From Veleropilina oligotropha (taxonomy: Eukaryota), in the NCBI GenBank assembly GCA_048128005.1, contig JBEUKZ010000107.1:186001-250000 (forward strand): a stretch of DNA of 64,000 nucleotides, given 5' to 3'. A program made the translations under genes and the position numbers. Within the stretch, counting starts at the first letter, position 1; every line of letters starts with the position of its first letter. Below are positions 24,615 through 38,610 of the stretch, one piece after another. Below the pieces are notes generated by a model. That model was not told where the DNA came from, searched no databases, and saw nothing but the letters and a program-made list of their open reading frames with translations.

Positions 24615-25135
24615 ATAGAAGATATCGAACGAGTGTCCATTCCATATGAGAATTTTGAAACGAGTCGGGCACAATTTATGTACCGAGCCTTGGCGAGGTA
24701 CATAAATTTGCTGACGAGTTTCATAATTCTCATATGAAATGGACACAAGTTTCATATCTTCTTTATCACATGACTTTATTTACCTTTAAACTTATTTTAT
24801 TGCGTTTTTAAACACATTTCTTTACGTATTAAAACTAATTTCTGTCATTACTTTCAGCCATAAATTGCCATTGCCTCAGACACATCACGCCTCGAAAGCA
24901 CGCGCCACACCAGTACGCCAATAAAAAATTGTTCAACGTCAGTAATCGACGAGTCAACGCGTATGAATTATTCAATATGTTAATGAGGGTGATGCGCCGC
25001 CTAATCAACTTGGTGCCAGATGCGATGATCGGCCGTCATGCTCGCCCTCCTTTGCATACTTATGAGACGTGTCTTTTTGTATCAAAATTTATGGAATGGC
25101 TACTACCGTTCCATAACAGCTTTGTCATGTGATAA
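24615..25135. mobile_element. Palindrome-ended non-autonomous element (possibly Crypton-related)
   Basis: ~145-bp palindrome 24617-24762, then ttatcacatgac whose inverse gtcatgtgataa lies at 25124-25135. Confidence 0.55.
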
Positions 25136-27027
25136 TATGTTTTAAGTACTAAGTAAAATACATATAATAAAATGCACACAGTGCTATTATATGTGTTATT
25201 AGACGTGGGGTACGTTACATCATTGTGTTTTTTCAACAGTTTAAAGGCCAAACTTTGCAACCAGTTGGTCATAGACTTGGCCTCTGAGTAGGGGCATGTC
25301 ATGACATCATCAGCTATTCAAGTTTGAAGGTGATAATTGCTGTAACAAAAATACCCCACTCTGTAATAATTGGATTATAACTGTTTTTTAACCATTTATC
25401 AACCAATCATATGTCGACATCTCCTTGTGGTCTAGTTGGTTTCAAAATCAGAAATGAGTAAACCACCCGCTCTCACCTTTTATATGAGAAGGTTGGATGC
25501 GGGTTATCCTAACTTTAGAACTAGAGTTTCAATCTTATCCAATATTTCCTTAAGTGTTGGTCTATGACCAAATGGTATTAAAGTTCTTTTTGTTATCTAC
25601 TGTGTCTTCCAGTGAGTGAGTACCTCATTAACTCCTGATTTGCCATGCCACCCCCCCCTTTCTCACCACACCTCTGACATGTGCTCTAGTATTCATTAGT
25701 TTGCACATACAGGAAGTCATGGCTGATCTCATTAGACCACCACACTAGTCCTTATCACCAATGTTTGCCTTGCATTTCATTCAGTCTCAACCAGACCTGC
25801 ATGTTTTGAGCTGTTTGCTGACACTTGAGCTGTCACAGCCAGTCCATCTGGCACGTGTCTCATCTGGTTTCCCTTCCTGATGGTCAGACATGGTGACATG
25901 TTCTCTTGTCCATCTCATCTGATGCAGTGCAGATATGTGGGGCCTCTGATGATCAATATCTCTCCATCACCCCAGCATGACTCATTGTGAAAATTACATG
26001 ACCTCTGACCATTGAATAATTTTACTAGAAAATCAGTGTATAATCTTCATTGTGGTTGTGTGATTGATGGAGTAACAGGCCAAAAGTCACGTCTGTTCAT
26101 GCTTGTTCGCAAATGTAATGTTGTTGATTTCAATACATGAAATGTACTATGTGTTGTAGATGAGAGTATTGGGGCTTAAGTTATGCATTTGTAAAACTAC
26201 GTAAATATGGATATGGTAGTATTTAGTATTCAACAGTGATACTGATAGTTGGTGCTTTGTAAACAAAAAATGATTTACAAGTTTAGATATTTATAAGTGA
26301 AGAGCATTGTGCAGTGTCTGTAGTTTAAGTTAAGCAATAGACAATACTAGTACAATGAATACGTATACAGTTATTACACATCTAGGGTCATATTGAAATA
26401 TGTTTGTTTTATTATGGAAGGAATTTTAATGCCTGAATTTATCCAGTGAAACCCACTCGCCTTCATATCATGGTGGAATTGCTACTAGATACTGGGAGAT
26501 ATTACAATGGTATTCACAATGCTTCACTTTTCATATAATTTTTTAAATTTAGCAAAAATGAAGAATTAAACTTGTTAATCGGTTGTCAGGAATAGATTGC
26601 ATCAAGATTGGTTTCATACATTAATTTTCCTGGCAAGTTTTGTGTAAAAAGCCAGCGCCTTTGCTGAAGGATGATATTGTTTGCATCAATCATGGAGGAA
26701 TGCTTCCATGGTGCTCCTGATTCAATCATCCAGGCCTAATGCGCCCACATTAGCAGGGATTTCTGTCATTTCCTTTGTACACTGCAGTGGTCAGTCACAC
26801 TGGATTCCCACCAGTGCAAGTGTGATGGATGACCCATGACTGACCTGATAAATTTTCTTGGACTCTGCCATTTGGAAAATTAATGGCCTTTGTTTCATTG
26901 ATCATGAATATCTCAGTGGATCTCAAATGTACTTACTAATCTAGTGTTTTGCAATAAGACACAGATGCCTTGTATGCAATGGGTATCAGTCATGGGGTCA
27001 TGCTTTAATTCTGTTATCAACAGTCAT

Positions 27028-30000
27028 TCTGTATCTGAATGAGCTGCCCAGGTGTGTTGTGGGTAATAAGGGCAGGGCTGATCTGACTGTATCTGAATGA
27101 GCTGCCCAGGTGTGTTGTGGGTAATAAGGGCATGGCTGATCTGACTGTATCTGAATGAGCTGCCCAGGTGTGTTGTGGGTAATAAGGGCAGGGCTGATCT
27201 GACTGTATCTGAATGAGCTGCCCAGGTGTGTTGTGTGTAATAAGGGCAGGGCTGATCTGACTGTATCTGAATGAGCTGCCCCGTTGTGTTGTGGGTAATA
27301 AGGGCGGGGCTGATCTGATGCCCAGGTGTGTTGTGGGTAATAAGGGCAGGGCTGATCTGACTGTATCTGAATGAGCTGCCCAGGTGTGTTGTGGGTAATA
27401 AGGGCATGGCTGATCTGACTATCTGAATGAGCTGCCCAGGTGTGTTGTGGGTAATAAGGGCAGGGCTGATCTGACTGTATCTGAATGAGCTGCCCAGTTG
27501 TGTTGTGGGTAATAAGGGCAGGGCTGATCTGACTGTATCTGAATGAGCTGCCCAGGTGTGTTGTGGGTAATAAGGGCAGGGCTGATCTGACTGTATCTGA
27601 GTGAGCTGCCCAGGTGTGTTGTGGGTAATAAGGGCAGGGCTGATCTGACTGTATCTGAATGAGCTGCCCAGGTGTGTTGTGGGTAATAAGGGCAGGGCTG
27701 ATCTGACTGTATCTGAGTGAGCTGCCCAGGTGTGTTGTGGGTAATAAGGGCAGGGCTGATCTGACTGTATCTGAATGAGCTGCCCAGGTGTGTTGTGGGT
27801 AATAAGGGCAGGGCTGATCTGACTGTATCTGAGTGAGCTGCCCAGGTGTGTTGTGGGTAATAAGGGCAGGGCTGATCTGACTGTATCTGAGTGAGCTGCC
27901 CAGGTGTGTTGTGGGTAATAAGGGCAGGGCTGATCTGACTGTATCTGAGTGAGCTGCCCAGGTGTGTTGTGGGTAATAAGGGCAGGGCTGATCTGACTGT
28001 ATCTGAATGAGCTGCCCAGGTGTGTTGTGGGTAATAAGGGCAGGGCTGATCTGACTGTATCTGAGTGAGCTGCCCAGGTGTGTTGTGGGTAATAAGGGCA
28101 GGGCTGATCTGACTGTATCTGAGTGAGCTGCCCAGGTGTGTTGTGGGTAATAAGGGCTGAGGGCTGATCTGAATGAGCTGCCCAGGTGTGTTGTGGGTAA
28201 TAATGGCAGGGCTGATCTGACTGTATCTGAATGAGCTGCCCAGGTGTGTTGTGGGTAATAAGGGCATGGCTGATCTGACTGTATCTGAATGAGCTGCCCA
28301 GGTGTGTTGTGGGTAATAAGGGCATGGCTGATCTGACTGTATCTGAATGAGCTGCCCAGGTGTGTTGTGGGTAATAAGGGCATGGCTGATCTGACTGTAT
28401 CTGAATGAGCTGCCCAGGTGTGTTGTGGGTAATAAGGGCAGGGCTGATCTGACTGTATCTGAATGAGCTGCCCAGGTGTGTTGTGGGTAATAAGGGCTGA
28501 GGGCTGATCTGAATGAGCTGCCCAGGTGTGTTGTGGGTAATAATGGCAGGGCTGATCTGACTGTATCTGAATGAGCTGCCCAGGTGTGTTGTGGGTAATA
28601 AGGGCAGGGCTGATCTGACTGTATCTGAATGAGCTGCCCAGGTGTGTTGTGGGTAATAAGGGCAGGGCTGATCTGACTGTATCTGAGTGAGCTGCCCAGG
28701 TGTGTTGTGGGTAATAAGGGCAGGGCTGATCTGACTGTATCTGAATGAGCTGCCCAGGTGTGTTGTGGGTAATAAGGGCAGGGCTGATCTGACTGTATCT
28801 GAATGAGCTGCCCAGGTGTGTTGTGGGTAATAAGGGCTGAGGGCTGATCTGAATGAGCTGCCCAGGTGTGTTGTGGGTAATAATGGCAGGGCTGATCTGA
28901 CTGTATCTGAATGAGCTGCCCAGGTGTGTTGTGGGTAATAAGGGCAGGGCTGATCTGACTGTATCTGAATGAGCTGCCCAGGTGTGTTGTGGGTAATAAG
29001 GGCAGGGCTGATCTGACTGTATCTGAATGAGCTGCCCAGTTGTGTTGTGGGTAATAAGGGCATGGCTGATCTGACTATCTGAATGAGCTGCCCAGGTGTG
29101 TTGTGGGTAATAAGGGCAGGGCTGATCTGAATGAGCTGCCCAGGTGTGTTGTGGGTAATAAGGGCAGGGCTGATCTGACTGTATCTGAATGAGCTGCCCA
29201 GGTGTGTTGTGGGTAATAATGGCAGGGCTGATCTGACTGTATCTGAATGAGCTGCCCAGGTGTGTTGTGGGTAATAAGGGCAGGGCTGATCTGACTGTAT
29301 CTGAATGAGCTGCCCAGGTGTGTTGTGGGTAATAAGGGCATGGCTGATCTGACTGTATCTGAATGAGCTGCCCAGGTGTGTTGTGGGTAATAAGGGCATG
29401 GCTGATCTGACTATCTGAATGAGCTGCCCAGGTGTGTTGTGGGTAATAAGGGCATGACTGTATCTGAATGAGCTGCCCAGGTGTGTTGTGGGTAATAAGG
29501 GCATGGCTGATCTGACTGTATCTGAATGAGCTGCCCAGGTGTGTTGTGGGTAATAAGGGCATGGCTGATCTGACTGTATCTGAATGAGCTGCCCAGGTGT
29601 GTTGTGGGTAATAAGGGCATGGCTGATCTGACTATCTGAATGAGCTGCCCAGGTGTGTTGTGGGTAATAAGGGCAGGGCTGATCTGACTGTATATGAATG
29701 AGCTGCCCAGTTGTGTTGTGGGTAATAAGGGCATGGCTGATCTGACTATCTGAATGAGCTGCCCAGGTGTGTTGTGGGTAATAAGGGCATGGCTGATCTG
29801 ACTATCTGAATGAGCTGCCCAGGTGTGTTGTGGGTAATAAGGGCAGGGCTGATCTGACTGTATCTGAATGAGCTGCCCAGTTGTGTTGTGGGTAATAAGG
29901 GCATGGCTGATCTGAATGAGCTGCCCAGGTGTGTTGTGGGTAATAAGGGCATGACTGTATCTGAATGAGCTGCCCAGTTGTGTTGTGGGTAATAAGGGCA

Positions 30001-31672
30001 GGGCTGATCTGACTGTATCTGAATGAGCTGCCCAGGTGTGTTGTGGGTAATAAGGGCATGGCTGATCTGACTATCTGAATGAGCTGCCCAGGTGTGTTGT
30101 GGGTAATAAGGGCAGGGCTGATCTGACTGTATCTGAATGAGCTGCCCAGTTGTGTTGTGGGTAATAAGGGCATGGCTGATCTGACTATCTGAATGAGCTG
30201 CCCAGGTGTGTTGTGGGTAATAAGGGCATGGCTGATCTGACTATCTGAATGAGCTGCCCAGGTGTGTTGTGGGTAATAAGGGCAGGGCTGATCTGACTGT
30301 ATCTGAATGAGCTGCCCAGGTGTGTTGTGGGTAATAAGGGCATGGCTGATCTGACTGTATCTGAATGAGCTGCCCAGTTGTGTTGTGGGTAATAAGGGCA
30401 TGGCTGATCTGACTGTATCTGAATGAGCTGCCCAGGTGTGTTGTGGGTAATAAGGGCAGGGCTGATCTGACTGTATCTGAATGAGCTGCCCAGTTGTGTT
30501 GTGGGTAATAAGGGCATGGCTGATCTGACTATCTGAATGAGCTGCCCAGGTGTGTTGTGGGTAATAAGGGCATGGCTGATCTGACTGTATCTGAATGAGC
30601 TGCCCAGGTGTGTTGTGGGTAATAAGGGCAGGGCTGATCTGACTGTATCTGAATGAGCTGCCCAGGTGTGTTGTGGGTAATAAGGGCATGACTGTATCTG
30701 AATGAGCTGCCCAGGTGTGTTGTGGGTAATAAGGGCATGGCTGATCTGACTGTATCTGAATGAGCTGCCCAGGTGTGTTGTGGGTAATAAGGGCATGGCT
30801 GATCTGACTATCTGAATGAGCTGCCCAGGTGTGTTGTGGGTAATAAGGGCATGACTGTATCTGAATGAGCTGCCCAGGTGTGTTGTGGGTAATAAGGGCA
30901 GGGCTGATCTGACTGTATCTGAATGAGCTGCCCAGGTGTGTTGTGGGTAATAAGGGCAGGGCTGATCTGACTGTATCTGAATGAGCTGCCCAGTTGTGTT
31001 GTGGGTAATAAGGGCATGGCTGATCTGACTATCTGAATGAGCTGCCCAGGTGTGTTGTGGGTAATAAGGGCAGGGCTGATCTGACTGTATCTGAATGAGC
31101 TGCCCAGGTGTGTTGTGGGTAATAAGGGCAGAGCTGATCTGACTGTATCTGAATGAGCTGCCCAGGTGTGTTGTGGGTAATAAGGGCATGGCTGATCTGA
31201 CTATCTGAATGAGCTGCCCCGTTGTGTTGTGGGTAATAAGGGCGGGGCTGATCTGATGCCCAGGTGTGTTGTGGGTAATAAGGGCAGGGCTGATCTGACT
31301 GTATCTGAATGAGCTGCCCAGGTGTGTTGTGGGTAATAAGGGCTGAGGGCTGATCTGAATGAGCTGCCCAGGTGTGTTGTGGGTAATAAGGGCATGGCTG
31401 ATCTGACTGTATCTGAATGAGCTGCCCAGTTGTGTTGTGGGTAATAAGGGCTGAGGGCTGATCTGAATGAGCTGCCCAGGTGTGTTGTGGGTAATAAGGG
31501 CATGGCTGATCTGACTGTATCTGAATGAGCTGCCCAGGTGTGTTGTGGGTAATAAGGGCAGGGCTGATCTGAATGAGATGCCCAGGTGTGTTGTGGGTAA
31601 TAAGGGCAGGGCTGATCTGACTGTATCTGAGTGAGCTGCCCAGGTGTGTTGTGGGTAATAAGAGCAGGGCTG
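27028..31672. repeat. 58-bp minisatellite/satellite array, ~4.6 kb, ~80 copies with length variants
   Basis: Unit ctgtatctgaatgagctgcccaggtgtgttgtgggtaataagggcagggctgatctga. Confidence 0.97.
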
Positions 31673-32609
31673 AGCTGATTGCTCTGCTTCAAGAAGCGCT
31701 GTGGGATCGAACCTTCGACCAGGGCACTTTTTGAATTTAGCAGTCACAATATTATACGACAATGCAGGCCTTCATTTTTGAGGTGCGCGATCGCTCTCCC
31801 TCACCTCCGCCCCTGCAAATGTTGCGTGAGGTGCGCGATTAATAGCGTGCATGGAAAAAATCGATAAAACAATGCTTTCCAACATATTTACATTTACGAC
31901 GCAGCAAACGTACAATATACTACTTACTAAATCAGTTTTTGTATTCACGTTCTAAGTTCCTATCGCATATACCGGAAGTAAACATGTCATTCCATTCGCG
32001 TTTCTTTTTAAACCAGTATTGGTAGCTGGCAAACTTTATATTTTTCGACCAGAAGAATAAATAAATGAATTTCCGTTAAAAAAGAATTATGCAATTATCA
32101 TGAATTAGTATGATCACTAATAACAAGCAGAGCACGTTTTGCTTATTACATATAGTATTTCGACGAGCTTTCCGAGTTTCGGAAGAAGGAATAAAATGCA
32201 AACATAGTGCAAGCGTGCTCGCGATGTCGGCGCAGTTATCTCTGGCAGGTTTCATCTCACGATAATATGGACATGTTCTGCCTTGAATCTGAAGGTTGTA
32301 AATATACAGGACACTAAGCATAAATCCAATCAATCTATAACAATTAAAAACATCCATTCGTGACCATCTCTGTTAAATATTTGACATGACATGCATGTAT
32401 GTCACACACATTGTTAGTGGGTCGTATACTTGTGTACAATCTGTCAAACATTTAATATTATTTCTCATAGTAAATTTAGTAGAGGGACTCGGGGAAGATT
32501 ATCAAACCAGCTAACTGTATTGCCTCTTTAAATAAAGCTTTATTATTATTATTATATATTATTATTATCATAATCTGGCTCTTTTATTTTCTTTGAAGAT
32601 CATCACTCG

Positions 32610-32778
32610 CCTGAAAAAATCACCCTCTTCGGCCAGTCACGGACAACTGTGATTCACAACTTGAACAAATTTCAATGCCTCAGCCAGGTATTGAACCCAC
32701 TACTGTTCGCATTAGCGGAATCAAGCCAGTAAAGTTAGAGTGGACAGACACTCTACCCACTGCGCTGCCGAAGCGGCC
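32610..32778 (-). mobile_element. tRNA-derived SINE, partial; head end plus flank locally duplicated (to ~32980)
   Basis: Homologous to 38790..39050 (gacactctacccactgcgctgccgaagcggcc); second copy of the head end at ~32860-32897. Confidence 0.65.
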
Positions 32779-35223
32779 ACACCATTATTAAGAATAAATT
32801 ATATTCTTAAACTGAAATACTAGTAAAGTATCAATGGAACAGTAATTGCATATCAACAAAGAGTGGACACTCTACCCACTGCGCTGCCGAAGCGGCCACA
32901 CCATTATTAAGAATAAATGATATTCTTAAACTGAAATACTAGTAAAGTATTTGGAACAGTAATTGCGTATCAACAAAGAGTACTGCAAAATGGCCATTAA
33001 GTAGCTTGGGCCATTAAATAAACATCATCGATGAGGTGAAGCAATTAAGCCAATTTAAGGTAAAACATTCTTCGGGCTAATTGAAGCAATTAAGGTAAAG
33101 CATTCTTCGGGCTAATTGGATAACATCGATTGCTATCATGAACCTCTGCTTTAGACATGTTTCTGGTACAAAAATGCATGAAAACGGGAGAAATCGGGAT
33201 TTTTTAAAAGCGTGAGAAATTCGACATAAGTGTGAGATTGCTTCAGCGAGCGTGAGACTCACGCCCAAATCGTGAGACTTGACGACTCTGTATATATAAA
33301 TGTGAACATAGTTCATCGTTTACTTTCATGTGCTATAATTTCAGGTCATCTATTGCGTATTACTGGTAAAACCTTGTGATATAATTAGTGTAAATGTATA
33401 TTTTAATTGTATGGCAGTTTTAAATAGTTTCAGTTCTCATGCACATTTGCTGAATAGCATACATTTAACAAGGGACATGCTAGAACGTTTTTAAATGACT
33501 GACTTACAGTGAAAGATACTATCTGAGGTTTCTGACAGAAATTATTGTCCTGGTCTTAAGATATTATCTGGTTGAGATAAGGTTGTGTAACATTACTCTA
33601 ACAATGCAGTTTTTATGTTCATTGAATCTCCAATTATGTCAGAACATGATAACTTTAGATTGAATCATGTTCTGCGGAGTTGAATGTCCTATTTCATTGT
33701 TGTAGATGTTTCTCTTCTTGTTCTAGTTTAAGATTCCCATGAGTAATCGCATCGCTGTGGAACGCAAACTCAATTGTCTCTCTGTTACCACTTGCTAGCC
33801 CTCGTATTATTTCGCAATAAAGCCAATAACTTTAATCCAAATTTAATACACTTTCACCTTTTAGAAGATGGTATGGGTATAATGTTGTTTTAAGTAGTGT
33901 TTGTGTTTGTTCTGAATTTGATTTGATGGCTGACCTTTTCAGTTTGAGGTCAAAGATTTAATTTCCATAATTCTGCACATTCCAATACATCTGCTTTTTG
34001 GATTATTTTCTCGTCTTAACAATCTGGTAAATTAATTTTCAAGTATGTCATTAAATCAATATATATTTGAGTCACCTTGTTTCATAAAATAACTGTCTGC
34101 TGTAAAGTAAATTTTCTGTTTACATATTGTTTTGACATATTATTGATATGGCATTGACAGTAAAATTGTTGTTAAAAACAGTGAACTATCTAATAAATTC
34201 TTCCCTTTGAAATATATACAATGCAAATGATCCCATGACACATAATATTGTTTACCTCATACGTCTCCAATAGATCCATGACAATGTGCATGGTAATGTT
34301 CTCCGCAATATCTGTGTGTTTATTTATAAGCTTCTTCTTGCATGCATAATATTGTTAAATAACTTTTGAAATTTATGCAATTTCTTTCTTTCATAATAAT
34401 TGCTTTTCAATTGCACCCCACATGCAATGTCATGTCACAATTCACATTTTATGAATTTCTTCAACATTTGTACAGCATCACCTCTTATATCAACATATCT
34501 AATGTTGTGTATATTATAAATAACTGTCAAGGAAACATTTGTCACCTTTTTACAGTAGCCAGTTTGTTGACATAGAGACACGATCTTGTGTTTTCTGTTG
34601 ACTTTGATTTGTGATTGTAAACCCCCATCAGTCTACAAATAGTGGCAACAGCAGGCTGGGGTCATCCGTGTCAGCTATGTGACTTTCTCAATACAACAGG
34701 GATTAAGATATCATCAGGGTCAACACTGAACACTTATTATAGAACTAGCTGCTTGTAAGGGCCACTGATCCCTTTGTAATTGGATATGGAAGAGGTGCTC
34801 TATCTCAGTAACACACTGTAGATGGGAGGTGGAGATATGTGGGATATTCAACAGTCAGCAATCTCTGACATAATCATCAACACTTACTGGGAGATTGATG
34901 CTATCTTCTCAGCACTAAATTGTACACTGCAAATAATAATGATATGGGAAACAGAATTCATTGCAAGTGATGGTGGAAAGCATTGTGATGTTCCTTATCA
35001 AGTGATTATGAGACCAGATGGGTTTTATGTCCTCTGAATATCTTTTGTAAACTTCTCCAAGGTGATAAACATTTCATTTATACGTTACAGGGCATTATAA
35101 ACAATCCAGATCCACAATTGTCATACATATTTTAAATAAACAGTTAAGAAAGTATACATATGTTGGCGGGCAATCGAGGACATTACATGTTCTGTTGTCA
35201 CCATTACAAACCTTTAGTATTAA

Positions 35224-36090
35224 CTCTTTCACTGCCAAAGTCGTACATCTACGATCTATCAAACATACCCCAAATCGCCAAAGTCGTACTTTTACGATTG
35301 ATTTTGTTCTCATTACATAGGTCATTCTAAGATGGCGCTGCTATCACTGACATGTTCTGACGTATTCTCAACGTAGTTGCAATGACTGTCTGCTTCTATT
35401 TTGGTCATGCAGTGCTTTCCGGAGTTATTCTCGGCATTGCAATGCCATAAATAGAAAGTGGGAACTCCCGTTTTTTCGTACATAACATTACAATAATGGC
35501 AGGCGCTAGTAAACGCATGCGGTTTACTCTTGAGGAAGTTATCGACTATATTGCTGATTATGACAGTGGGAGGGATTATTTTTCAAGTGAATAAGAGGTA
35601 GAACGTGACTTTGAAGATAGTTTGAGTCGAACCGATCGAGCTGCAGATGACAACAGTGACAAGTCGGATTCGGATGGTGAAGCACCACCGCCACCACCAC
35701 CACAGGCCCCACCCCCAGGGCTCCAAATAATGACCCAGCAGATATGCTGGTTGGTGGATTTAAAGTTCACAGACAGGAGACCTTTCCACCATCACCAACT
35801 TGCACCAATGTTCAAAGGAACTGCAGAGTGCAAAAGGGGTGCCAGAAGGGATACCCACAAATATTGCATAAAGTGCTAAATACCCCTTTGTGCAGGAGAC
35901 TGTTTTCATATATATCATTCTGTAAATAAATATTATTGACAATAGAACATTCAGAGAAGGTGTCAAAGAATATTTACTGAAAGTTTGGTAAGTGTAACAT
36001 ACTTAGTTTATTTTTGACAGAATTATGAAAATCACCAAAAGCTGGGCAATTTGGGAATAATATTATGAATGGGTTTGGGCAGTGAAAGAG
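35224..36090 (+). mobile_element. Internally deleted piggyBac element
   Basis: TTAA on both sides; TIRs ctctttcactgcc / ggcagtgaaagag; remnant acidic N-terminus MAGASKRMRFTLEEVIDYIAD.. (ATG ~35497, internal stop) and C-terminal Cys-rich remnant (YCIKC..PLCAGDCFHIYH). Confidence 0.85.
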
Positions 36091-36268
36091 TTAATACCAA
36101 AAAACGAGCAATATGCCACGACTCCCAAGTATTATTTCGCCTCAACAGTTTTATTTGACCTCTGATAGCATACAATATATATAGACAATCACATGACCTC
36201 TGATAGCATACAATGTATATAGACAATCACATGATTGTAGCTAGTATGGGCCTTACTAATAATATCCA

Positions 36269-36752
36269 TTATTATATAAATGGTGCTGTTATTCGTTAAA
36301 TAATGGTAAAAATATAATCGGTAATTCACTGATATATATTTTCACTCACGTGAGTGAAAATATTTTCCATATTTCACTCTCGTGAGTGAAAATATCAAAA
36401 ACGCGTCATAAATTGACGTCATAAAAACGTTATCCTTGGTGACGTCGTCTATGGCGACGTTATGATGGCGAACTACATTTCAACATTACAATGTCAACAG
36501 CGCACGTGTTCGTTCTTCCACAAAAATAAGCATGGCTATACAATGGTAACATTATTTAATTGATAACTAACCCATTTATATAATAAATAGAGCATTCAAT
36601 GTTATGTCAGAAATATTAAATATATTTTGTCTCGTGAACTATATCCTAGCCGATTCACTCAAGGCCTCCGGCCTTTCGTGAATCCGCTAGGATATATTTC
36701 ACTCGACAAAATATATTTAATATTTCTGACATACCATCAAATACCCTCTATA
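36269..36752. mobile_element. Palindrome-ended non-autonomous element (possibly Crypton-related), reverse orientation
   Basis: ttattatataaatgg (36269) inverse to ccatttatataataa (36572); ~165-bp palindrome 36587-36751; small internal palindromes 36331-36396. Confidence 0.55.
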
Positions 36753-38610
36753 TATCAAACATGCAATTAAATATATATATCTAATTTGTAAAAAAAATTT
36801 TGAAGGGTCATTATGACCATGCTGATGATGCCTGTAACATGTCTGAGATCTCCTATTTCAATCCTGCTTGTGCTGAAGATTTCAGTGCACATCGTATCCA
36901 TTCATTCATTCATCATTATAAAACTTCATTGACCCAATTGTTTTGTCAATCCATCCATACATACATAGTAATAAATGTTGACATATTTTTCCAATCTACA
37001 AATCTTCTGTTCTTTATCAATGCTAAATGGATAACGTATGAAGTAAGACCAAGATCGTTGATTATTTGAGTGGTACCGTAATATTTGCAACTTTAATATA
37101 TTTTGTACTTGAATCGTTGCCAGATTATATTACAAGATATAATCTATCAGCAAAATGCCAAATGATTTATGGTTTTTAGCTTTAAAACCTCGACATTGTT
37201 TGCTCATTGAGAAGAATGTTCATTATCGATTGGTGTCTGCCGTAACATTTCATCATCACCTGAGATCACTGCCCCACTGAACTACATGTCAGCCACTTAG
37301 GCTAATGTTGCAGTCTCTGAACCACATGTCAACTACTTGGCATGGGCTGGCTAATGTTTCAAATTTCGCTATTCAGTAAATGATGCAGATATGTGGAATA
37401 TCATAAACCATACATTGCAACTTCCGAATGGAAAATGCAAGCTTTGAGTATTAAAGTCTGAATATTGAAGATCTGGATGCCAGGCTATCTATTAACTATG
37501 ATTATGTACATTGGTTTCGTTCATTTTTTGCATGCATGATAATTGTATCCCCGAAATGTAACATTTCTGGGATAGTATGGTTTAGGCATCGTTCAGCTGC
37601 CGCCGCAGAGATTTCTTGTGTGCGCTCTACAGTGAAATGTTCTAATCCGATTTGATTCAAATTTGGTATGCACGTCAGTTATAATGAGGATGCCACCTAA
37701 CGATTTTCGTCGTTTTGGATCCAAGAGTCCCACAAGGTTCGTTTTGGGCCCATTGCTGTAAAAAAGTTTGCAGACGATACCGAATTGTACAGAATTGTTG
37801 GAACTGAATAAGATGCAAAAACACTTCAAAGTGATTTAAACAATCTGGTAAAATGGTCAGAGGATTGGCAAATGCTTTTTAACACCAGTAAATGTAAGGT
37901 ATTGCATGCGGGTTATAACAACAAAACTTTTAATTATAAAATGGGTTCAGATACCTTAGAAGTAGTAACAAATGAGAAAGATTTGGGTGCATGGGTAGAC
38001 AATATGTTTAATCCATCAAATCAATGTGCAGAATCAGCTAAAAAGGGAAATAAAATATTGGGAATGATAAAGAGAAACTTTAATTTTAAATCCAGAGTCA
38101 TCATAACACACCTATTCAAACAAATGGTTAGACCGCATTTAGAATATGCAGTGCAAGCATGGAGCCCATATCTTGCAAAGGATATCAAAATTCTTGAACA
38201 AGTTCAAAGAAGAGCCACAAAATTGATAGGCGAATTGAGAGAAACACATTATGAGGATAGACTAAGAGCACTTAACCTCACAACATTGTCTTTGAGAAGG
38301 ACATGGGGGGGGGGGGGGGCGATATGATTCAGGTATTTAAAATGTTTACAGGACTTGACACTGTTGACAGTACTTTCTTTTTTCAGATGAACCCAAGACC
38401 TACCTGCTGAGGGGCCATAAATACAAAGTTTACAAAAAAAGATTCCGACTAGACGTTAGGAAACACTTTTTCTCAAATTGGGTTGTCGATGAGTGGAACA
38501 GTCTTCCTAGTAATGTAGTAGAATCGACATCTGTAAACCAATTTAAAAACCGCATAGATGATTATTTTAAGAAACAAGGCAGGCTATAGATGACCAGAAA
38601 CGACAATGGG

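Noticed and set aside
26998..31762. 854-, 826- and 525-aa minus-strand ORFs
   Set aside because: Stop-free translations of the 58-bp array; frames interconvert at unit indels
31765..33290. Single DNA transposon bounded by caggccttc... and ...gacgactctg
   Set aside because: The two ends are not convincingly complementary and no TSD was found; probably unrelated orphan ends
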